Assembly: GCA_965215125.1 (NCBI GenBank)
Contig: OZ244052.1
Location: forward strand, 352,001-416,000
DNA from: an uncultured candidatus Porisulfidus sp.
Lineage (GTDB): Bacteria > Pseudomonadota > Gammaproteobacteria > Poriferisulfidales > Oxydemutatoraceae
Reading direction: 5' to 3'
DNA: 64,000 nt
A model generated the notes under the pieces. That model was not told where the DNA came from, searched no databases, and was given only the letters and a program-made list of their open reading frames with translations. A program made the translations under genes and the position numbers. This document shows positions 15,001 to 19,200 of this stretch, in pieces (positions within the stretch are counted from its first letter, which is position 1; every line of letters begins with the position of its first letter).

Positions 15001-16026
15001 CCAACCGACCAGACCCCCCGTATAAAGATTACCCACAACCGCACCACTTGCCCGACTATCGGCAATTTTGCCGCCACGGTCATTCGCACCGACCAACCCA
15101 CCGCTATACGAACCGTCGCTTATTACTTTGCCTTCGGCATGGCTCGCACTAATCCGAGCACGATTGAGACCGACCAACCCACCGATATAATCGCGTCCTC
15201 TTGCAGTCCCGTCGGCACGACTGTTTGTCAGCGCACCTCGAGAGTTAAGACCGACCAAACCGCCGACTTGGTTGACACCGGATACACTCGTATCGGCAAT
15301 GCTATACCTAATATGCCCTTCGTTATGACCCACCAGACCGCCGAGACTATGACCGCCACCCTCTACACGCTCAAGTATGACATCGCCGTTGAGTATCGTC
15401 CCGGCATTGGCACCGAACAAACCGCCGACAGTGTTGCCCACACCGATTAGACGGCCCCCTTCCACACCGATATAAGAAACACCCCCGGCGTTATGACCGG
15501 CTAAACTACCGATGTACGAATTCCCTGTGATGTTTATTTGCGACAATACCAAATCGCTGATTTTGGCCGGCTTAGTCGTCACCTTGAATAAACCGACATA
15601 ATCCGACGGCCTGTTGATGTACAGGTTGGCTATCGTATGACCATTGCCTTCAAACCTTGCGCTAAAGAAACTCAGCCGATCGCCTATAGGCAACCAACCT
15701 AAACCACTCGTCCATGCTTCTTTGTTGATGATGTTGCGGTAGTCATCGGAAACATTGAAGTCTAGATCGTCTCGCAACTCGTAGCCGTTGCAACCGCTTT
15801 GCGGACACCCCGCAGTGATCTTGACTGCGTCAAAACTTTCTCTATAGCCGGTGCCGTCAAGCTGATAGCGAACTGCATTCAATGCATCCAAATCGCATAG
15901 CTCTATCAAGCCATCGTTGTCTTGATCTATATCACTTAGGTAATTGCATTGAAAACCATCTTGCGCCGATACGGATCGCAACAATACCATGGTTAACGGT
16001 AATAAGAGTCTTGCGGATCCCCCCAT
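1..16026 (-). CDS. Gene A: giant secreted GLUG-repeat / cadherin-like beta-sandwich surface protein, 3'-truncated by window edge (>5342 aa)
   Basis: Not in the ORF track because there is no stop in the window. Manual translation from ATG at 16026 gives MGGSARLLLPLTMVLLRSVSAQDGFQCNYLSDIDQDNDGLIELCDLDAL. The same frame at 120..1 reads TIGLFGVVGGTSSEIRKIGLIDVLVKGKQSVGGLVGFMKR. The gene is collinear with B, C and D. The track lists no long stop-terminated minus ORF here, consistent with one uninterrupted frame. Confidence 0.9.
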   Translation of the reverse strand, partial: MGGSARLLLPLTMVLLRSVSAQDGFQCNYLSDIDQDNDGLIELCDLDALNAVRYQLDGTGYRESFDAVKITAGCPQSGCNGYELRDDLDFNVSDDYRNIINKEAWTSGLGWLPIGDRLSFFSARFEGNGHTIANLYINRPSDYVGLFKVTTKPAKISDLVLSQINITGNSYIGSLAGHNAGGVSYIGVEGGRLIGVGNTVGGLFGANAGTILNGDVILERVEGGGHSLGGLVGHNEGHIRYSIADTSVSGVNQVGGLVGLNSRGALTNSRADGTARGRDYIGGLVGLNRARISASHAEGKVISDGSYSGGLVGANDRGGKIADSRASGAVVGNLYTGGLVGWNRDSEITNSFAQGRIDGDSDVGGLVGWNEGGRISNTYSSGYVGGVHRVGGLVGSNKGIVSDSFANGQVVASGEHAGGLVGWNYAHQTRHADMVRVIHSYWNSEATGISFSAGGSLRTTAQLKSPTAPGLPGETFERWDVADWEFGTGEQYPILRHSEGSEKGHLLSGQHIMLSSLLVLDGLTLSPAFNPQTFDYRVNLSDDSVTEIRFSPTIANSTQTISILKDEKIGLSSVNNGETAPIILNVAPEPTLVTIARHYRIWVIRRSGLQATISSNRSDHRVSEGQNIMLSVSTSEPNLRRVRYRWSQVSPMQPDLLKDSDTGLAELNINIPDDFVVQDADEAPVVLQVEVRDGRTTVTRSTTMTVVKTNGGSMRTLAAPTYREGILTVSDIGEADLSVDPDGGADINSFGYQWQYKLSSDLATWQDIKDAIQIRYQIPTVLSAIDNIGYRVWLDYRDNQGYDHRVVSEPVSVVKVVEDDGFRDIYYLEDLNAIRNQLDGRYELARDLDFNSDASYRDPINKTKWTVADYGNDADTGWLPIGTLAGRFTGIFNGDGHTIFNLQINRDDADYQGLFGALGSAASIRNIGLPNVRIEGKEHIGGLVGVNAGTIVGSYAVGEFSANSLVGGIVGVNNGKIINSYAGSDISMQSSVSSHLGGLVGTNEGIVINSHATVRILERRSDNVGGLIGWNAINARVINSYAGGDVGGDLFVGGLTGINRGSITNSYANGEVSGNSSVAGLVGTNQISAAMITNSYAIAKVQGGGGGLASANDGVIVASYWNVEIGGVQNGHGSGQSTRQMQLPTASIGIYEEWDDADWDFGNSEQYPILKYAPGPDGDACGVSGLPQCGELISPRLRYGLRSLATADSVVLSPEFDIEAQNRSGIYIGSLRSTDNAIRLIPTAIEPIAYIRFYIGDDNTAYDNIRSGETSKAISLSATGMTRIHIEVQGTVTVRYALYIGYQSIADDRITPINYLEDLDAIRDRPTGSYKLTRDLDFADSESYLEPLNRIFWTVDDYQDATDVGWAPIGSEPKPFAGRFDGNGYTISGLQINRDDVDNQSLFGASTSDALISNIGLLNVKVEGGAKVAGLIGTNRGQVGYSYVSGSVVSKSIEGVGGGLVASNDGGEVIGSYAIAEVSGTSSLGGLVGDNDGRIINSHADSIVIPSSGGLGFGGLVSVNRDLVTNSYATGKVSIVAGGSHAGGLVGWNEPQAKIINSYAAVRVRGRNAGGLVGFLEGSTIENSYTISQVSGTNGDNQSIGGLVGATSGAVKIIASYWNSDISTVQGSNGIGQITKRLQSQTPTMPANSIYKDWNTDDWDFGTSKQYPILKYTTATENVFECGSSGLPQCGDLISPGLRYGLRDLTSANDVTFYPPLDIERLNQSGVYSGTVIGEHPSIRLIPVAMESTAHISFMGDRREMVDSHDTSAPISLKNDGIKKVVVEVKGTQTVRYTLYLSYAPHRVIDEDGDGLVDIDYLEDLDAIRYQLDGSGYRADDESIKITSGCPSAGCRGYELLRDLDFNDAGSYRNAEKNMGRWTGVGAWQPIGLDEATFTGTFKGNNKTIANLRVGTNGGLFATIGSDSRVAYIDGIGLSAMDIKGDVVAGIATSCKRCTISNSYVIGDIQGTAAAAGLVNAISATGGGRARISNSYFIGNITVNGRSAVAGGLVGDVDSALTITDSYVVGTITAEHDDAFIGGLIGVRTSSAIDIVNSYASVSATKADVPQGLFGGNRDPSDQRALTAKAIYLDEDIAETNVTLGESKRAAELQSPTSATGIYTSWGSDNWDFGTNEQYPAIRYNLRADSTDGDAHCDTADIQRRPDACHTLLRHQGSLLRDLKLSEGAGLSSPFAFTSFDYGVSVNADRSTIRMLPTAFNAVATIEVFKDGTSIGETDSGEWTVPIPLNDTGDTVFSLVVKDGKRHSYRYQFVINRLDIVAQSIDEDGDGFIEISNATHLNAVRHRLDGGAYQQSETTDAIYCSNGCMGYELTADIDLAGIEWQPIGSLSEPFSGVFKGNGYTISNLTIKAGSTNEVGLFGAIGAGGRVENVGLVNVSIAGQSNVGSIAGYNFGTIINSYAEGKLLAEVNDGGGLVGRNNDGMIVNSYARVDVQVDNDRAGGLVGWNEIGGSIVNSYAVGGVRANNGRAGGLAGNNHARIHNSYAIGDVQASNGITGGLVAATVLGHTIVNSYYRAGAVISGIDSLIGTDKTAVALKSGMPSDDIYTGWNRADWHFGNVDQYPALLYATGDDDNTACRQPLPQQLSDCNGGLFADLSEHDKTIVCLSHLPRLPKQQPYCGALLPEQRAGLVQMELSKNARLLPAFNLEIYDYHLVVGSGDEVRITPTAYYGTDTITVDAGSLSSSKRSGQSSLFTLSDDLDSIVLRVQSATQGMPTFYTIKVLQDIAVVDDFITIDYLEDLNLMRYALAQVSATLKDCPIDTEDGARRCKGYKLARDLDFKNPTSYRAGVINPIWTTGAGWQPIGNRRNPFSGLFNGNAHTISNLRIQGIPIGDIGLFGVLASGARIEHIGLLNVDIDMSRHDLYSIGTLVGLNLGEIVNSYVIGGDVQGHLYVGGLVGRNDGGTIVNSYADVSVNGRFAITGGLVGSNAIGGKIHNSYASGAVVGNDFVGGLVGISTRDIHNSYASGAVIGSDFVGGLVGELSQSGIVVSNSYAIGKVTSRRLIGGLLGRTSLGSADASYWDVVTSGVADDEDDVTGIGKTTTELRTAAIGDGIYSNWDSNDWYSESGQYPVLRYTSATDIITRPACLEAENADTELPMCGTLLPAQRRTGLSNLAHSNRTGQVLLLRPDFNSKIYDYELILKSDAREFSIIPYTFNSGSVLTLNNDSETNPRMELRSGEVTTLTIDNINDLLLTLAVEDPLVSRTTQTTLYSIRVNKHSFITVNDIDEDDDGLIEVRSADALNAIRYQLDGSGYKASRDDTKITLGCPTTPTVGCKGYELAASIDLSGFDWHPIGAIDATTLDCNDTQSRCFAAIFDGNNHTISNLRIDRSNTDNVGLFAALADGAQVKNVNLTDVEVGGRFGVGSLATYNAGIIDNSSADATVVGENAVGGLVAYNVGRISNSYAYGAVSGGSSVGGLIARNESTGVITNSYSLSRVSGDTGIGGLVALNLGSIANTYASGGVEGVALIGGLIGENSGSVGDSYATADIVCTGVPACTSYTVATGGLIGSNVGGIAVNSYWDIATSNLHESAGGVGKTTVQLQSGTGQSSDAGRAYYRWDDSDWHFGDVNRYPILKYTTSTESTLAGLQSYGLTSLTIAEIVTLSPNFDTTKLYYRLGVELDVNIKQLHLTPNALDEDATIRIVSDNGFDETIKTGTTSSAIVLRSTDTTVISVEVSGARRIRYRFEVDYFSSGFEEDVDTDKDGLIDILTLEDLDAIRNALDGRHLRYQNADGVLIESAKGCPMTGCKGYELLRDLDFDNPAHYRAGSVNTAWTTGSGWQPIGTSLHPFTAIFKGNGYTISNLTVNRPDSDYIGLFGVLDGSKSDVVIEGIGLTGVDIVGGAHVGSLVGTNRAGDIRRSYVSGSVMARGSGGSAIVGGLVGRNFAGSITRSYAETQVKGNLSARLPTSLAGGLVALNDNRSRIENSYAVGSVIGWGTIGGLVAINQGSSEIINSYAVSRTIGIGEISTVGGLVAVNDAVVDDSYWDIEVSGIASSAGGTSATTAVLRSSTPTSPINSIYKNWDADVWEFADANRYPELKAIADVPLLAPEGKSLLQSLTLSNNVRLFPSFHPLIFDYELIAESARITEVRLDTTSTRVGTTIDIACRKGLICSSGIPISFVLDGNHTPEITITTHNPDAGELSYHFSVRYDELKIERVTATTTTMVPLSLSVAEGERVRLMISYNFTLDEDLYRYKWQQSAGDVLKFDDKRSPVDTQSAVLDFTVPSDVVSKQDDSRVVQLTAEIGVDDVYMSRAISLIISKQNNDTADRISLRRVSDKPMTYRIIFQRMDGSEFIDRDGGFAETRIQWQRRRSEAEGWINLESTATLTYTLPNEGDYQYRVLVMYEDNQGYRGQFESEVINYSDIDDDGDGLIEIRYLEDLDAIRYQPDGSGYKATESADKITTGCPLVNGVEKCRGYELMNDLDFTDDASYRTPNPSVLKNSWTVSDFRDASDLGWQPIGGAFNAVFNGNGYTISNMQINRSVGNISNIGLFSQIGAVGRVKNFRLVDPAIKGLVGIKNVGGIAGRMERGGVIMNSYVVGDIEAGNTDKIITGDVGFGNGIGFIGGMVGWNKGFILNSYAKINVVAEDSEITGNKRVGVGGLVGRNIDGGKVYNSYATGEVKGPCIVGGLVGNQFSTNSNQLAKRSEIKNSYATGNAETGFGTCVNSNNKVAGGLVGVNNNSTIENSYTLGEVSGDGTLNGLVAGILPAGDTSIANPVNSYWNFSMNCTDGLIFDSDNNRIPVVFCYKSFAPTSVHPGARLSFGLQSATTPDFNYAACVEDSGIIRNCRTYTNWSTTDWHFGNAEQYPALKYGVGLDAADPGCDTDPGTALPSCNALLSGQIADALLLDRLSLSANSRAVQLTPSFKSSRFNYEAVIEVEVAPVIIKIAAGADEGTVITIRKDDGAPLAGQSDGTVQIDANHSFKLKVETLSGSNRGASYQIQVRLKYLLQPRILKIVNGSTPTELITRNIFVLDEGDVLRLDASTSLGQNNRRLDYRWTQPSGKPLLSGIQTTSTVEFTVPTDFVARDKNYSTVILKLELIESNNPMFVVSKEIPLSVRKVNNGNSASAVKWISSDTLSAEDLSNDIDGGLLTDVGYLWLREQNGRFITIPGANQKSYTPPEDARNAQYRFSISYTDVQGYETNIHYDAPLYADIATHKDKDNDGLIEIETLEDLNAVRYQPDGSGYRASSTASKIATGCPDNRCLGYELVKDLDFLDEASYVSTSNKAVWTTGTGWQPIGNIVNNDCTDASSTCLGGVFDGNGFTVTNLMIDKANSDTIGLFGVVGGTSSEIRKIGLIDVLVKGKQSVGGLVGFMKR
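7045..7175 (-). repeat. 78-bp (one GLUG coil) tandem duplication in module 6 of gene A; same in gene D at ~61100-61230
   Basis: IHNSYASGAV(V/I)G(N/S)DFVGGLVG occurs twice, 26 aa apart. In D, acaaagtca is at 61104 and 61182. Confidence 0.8.
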
Positions 16027-16035
16027 ACTACGCTT

Positions 16036-16042
16036 CCCCCCT
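16036..16042 (-). promoter_or_regulatory. Ribosome binding site of gene A (AGGGGGG, 9 nt spacer)
   Basis: Minus strand reads tAGGGGGGaagcgtagtATG. Confidence 0.55.
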
Positions 16043-16117
16043 ACATAGCATATTCCCAATTAGCTCATAAATAACTTGCATTTTTATTCAAGCTATTTAT
16101 CGCTATAAAACAGTTTT

Positions 16118-16126
16118 ATTATAGCA
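16118..16126 (-). promoter_or_regulatory. Extended -10 sigma70-type promoter for gene A (TGCTATAAT)
   Basis: Reverse complement of attatagca is a perfect TGnTATAAT, ~92 nt upstream of the ATG. No convincing -35. Confidence 0.65.
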
Positions 16127-16138
16127 TATCAAACTGTT

Positions 16139-16166
16139 GAGAAAAGAACCGCCGTTTGTTGCGGTC
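16139..16166 (-). terminator. Possible weak intrinsic terminator after gene B
   Basis: 30 nt after the TGA: GACCGC-aacaaacg-GCGGTT followed by CTTTTCTC. Confidence 0.4.
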
Positions 16167-16195
16167 GCACAAGCGGCATAACTTTGTGCAGAGCC

Positions 16196-16240
16196 TCAGC
16201 GCAAAAAGCCTTCGGGAAATACTCTGATGTTTACGAAAAT
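16196..16240 (-). other. Conserved C-terminal peptide IFVNIRVFPEG(F/L)LR* (also 34339-34383 and 52382-52426)
   Basis: Same 14-aa end in B, C and D (one F/L change). It follows a more variable S/T/R-rich linker (SINRSTV / STDRSTG / SVVRSTD). Confidence 0.85.
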
Positions 16241-19200
16241 AACCGTTGACCGATTGATTGAAGTTCTTACAACACCCCTAGATCTCACGACATTATATAT
16301 GAATTGCTGCGGTGCCGACATCGCCGGAGATGCTAATCCTCGATGCCTATAACCCTGCTTATCGGTATAATCAATCAATACACGATAGCGATTACCTATA
16401 ATGCCTTCTACGGTATGGCTTTGATCGGTGGCACCATCAATATCCAACCAGCTACCCAGCAGTTCCTTTTGCCATCGATAAGCGATCTCGGGGGTAGGAT
16501 TTGTTCCATCCGAATCCGACGATAGATCTATGCCTGCTATGGTATACCTAAAACCATTCAGCGTAGGCGCAGGAACCGATATAACACCGTTATTCTTTTT
16601 GATTATCGTTAACCGCACCGTTTCACCGGCAACGCCTAAGCCATCGTCAACCGTCAAAACGATATCCACAACATCTGTGTTTTGCATTTCATCAAGCAAG
16701 TCGTTTGGTATGTCATGCTCATACCTTAAATCGGCACGACCTACTACCGTGCCGGTGCTTCTTTCTATATCCGATAATAGGTTCGGAATCATACTTAGAC
16801 TATAACTCAACTCGTCCCCTTCGGGATCTGCTATAGCGGTATTTAATGCAAAGGTTTCACCCTCTACGATTGAAGCAGGTGCGTTAATACTTATCCTCGG
16901 CAAACGATTATTATTTATCGTCAATTTATAGACAACGGGGGCTTCCATTCCCGCCGCATTACTCGTCGCAACACGAATAACCGTAGAGGTAGGCTCGGAA
17001 GTATTGAGCGAGACAGAATAACCGGTATCGTTCGTCGGCAGGACTCTGTCGTCGGCTATGATACTCGCATCGGGATTAGCGGCTATCGGGGTGACTCTTA
17101 GTTCGCTCGCATCGGCATGAACCGACACCGTATAAGTCGTAACCGCAGGATCAAAGTCGGGGGAGAGATACAAATGCCCTGCGCCCACATTTTGTTCCAA
17201 CTTTAGAGCTCGCAAACCGATACGCTGGTGGGGTAACAATCTACCGCAATCCGGCGACGGCGTCGAAGTGCCACAGGTGTTATCGTGGTATTTGAGCACC
17301 GGATACTCATCGGCAGTGCCGAAATCCCAATCATCGGTATCCCAAGTGTAATAAATATCGTTTACCATTGTCCCCGGTGCAGTCGGCATTTGCAATTCGG
17401 CCTTAGTCTTAGCGGTGCCGCCTCCCGGAGAGTTCGTCTGCCCACTTGCATCGGTATCCCAATAGCTATTAGCCACGACTAGTCCGGGTGATTGCCTTAT
17501 GCCGATTAAACCACCTACATACTGTTCATCGGTGTTGGCTGTCGCAACAAAAGTTGTTTTTACCTCGACAGTCGAGTAGCTGTTGACGACACTACCGCGC
17601 CCCCATAAGGTGCCGACTAGACCTCCCACAGCTCGTTTTTTCTCACTGATGCTAACCGAGCCTGCTACATAGCTATTACCGATAAGCCCTCGATTCTCAC
17701 CCACTAGACCCCCTGCACCCCGCTCTGCCGAAACATCGGCAACCGCATAGCTACCGATGATAATACCACCATGGTTTATGCCACAGATGCCACCGACAAA
17801 ACGAGAACCTAAGACGGTGCCACTGACATAACTATTGATAATCGACGAACCCGATACACTGACACCGGTTAACAGACCGATAACATTATTTTGCCCTTCA
17901 ACCCTGCCTTCGACTACATAGATACTCATTAGTTCGCCCTCGTTGCGACCGACTAGACCACCGACCCCAGCATTACCTTTTACTTCTATTGCCGATAATC
18001 GGAGATTGCGAATGGTGCCGGTATTTCCGGCAAACAGACCTATTTCATCGGTGGTGTCTCTATTGATCTGCAAATTGGTAATCCTATATCCGTTGCCGTC
18101 AAAAATACCGGCGAAACAGTCACTACCCGCATCACTACAATTATTGTTAGCAACAATACCGATCGGTTGCCAGCCTGTGCCGGTCGTCCAAGCCACTTTA
18201 TTGGCAGTTGAATTATAGCTGGCATCGTCCAGAAAATCTAAATCCTTGACTAATTCATAGCCTCGGCACTTCTCTACACCGTTGACCAAAGGACAACCTG
18301 TAGTCATCATAATTGTCGTAGAACTTGCACGATAACCTCTGCCGTCCGGTTGATAACGAATCGCATTGAGATCTTCGACGGTTTCAATTTCTATTAAACC
18401 GTCGTTATCCTTGTCTACAAAGTTTGCAATCGTTGTAAATTGCGGTGCGTCGTAGTGAATGTTCGTTCGGTAACCCTGTCCATCGATATAGCTTATAGAG
18501 ACTCTATATTGTGCATTGCGGGCACTTCTGGGAACTATATAGCTTTTTTGGTTCGCACCGGGTATCGCAACAAATCTACCGTTCCGTTCCCGCAACCATC
18601 GATAGCCGATATCGGTCAACGACCCTCCGTCTATATCGTTTGACAAATCCTCCGCGGAGAGCGTGTCGCTACTTATCCATTTCACGGCACTTGCGGAGTT
18701 CCCGTTATTAACCTTCCTCACCAACAACGGTACTTCTCTACTTACTACGGATGCCGAATTATTGCTTTCGCTCAACTTCAGTTTTAAGACGACCGTGCTA
18801 TCGTCCTCGTCTCTTGCGACAAAATCGGTAGGTACCGTAAACTCTACGGTAGATGCAGTTCTTATCCCCGACAGTAACGATTTCCCCGATAGTTGAGTCC
18901 ACTGGTAATCCAACTGTGAATTTTTCTGTACGATACTCATTGATGCATCCAAGCGAAAGACATCTCCTTCGTCTAAAACAAAAATGTTTCTTGCGATTAG
19001 TTCGGTAGGAGTACTCCCGTTTACTATTTTCATAATACGAGCCTTAAGTGGGTACTTTAAGCGCACCTGTATTTGATAGCTTGCGCCCCTATTACTCTCC
19101 CTCAAAGTCTCAACTTTGAGTTTGAATGAGTCCTCTGCACTAATCTGCACGGTACCGTCCGATTGTCCGGTCAAAGGTGATCCATTGTCTTTACGAATCG

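Larger units (their letters stand above)
16027..16195. repeat. Upstream region of gene A, homologous to upstream region of gene B (34010-34175)
   Basis: Shared blocks: ctacgcttcccc..ctacatag, ccaattagct, atttatcgctataaaa, ttttattata.catatca.actgtt, taactttgtgcaga.cc. Confidence 0.85.

Noticed and set aside
1-16026. Gene A region as non-coding or a pseudogene because it is absent from the ORF track
   Set aside because: The frame at the start (16026) and at the window edge is the same, and no internal stop-terminated fragments are listed. The absence reflects the stop codon lying outside the window.
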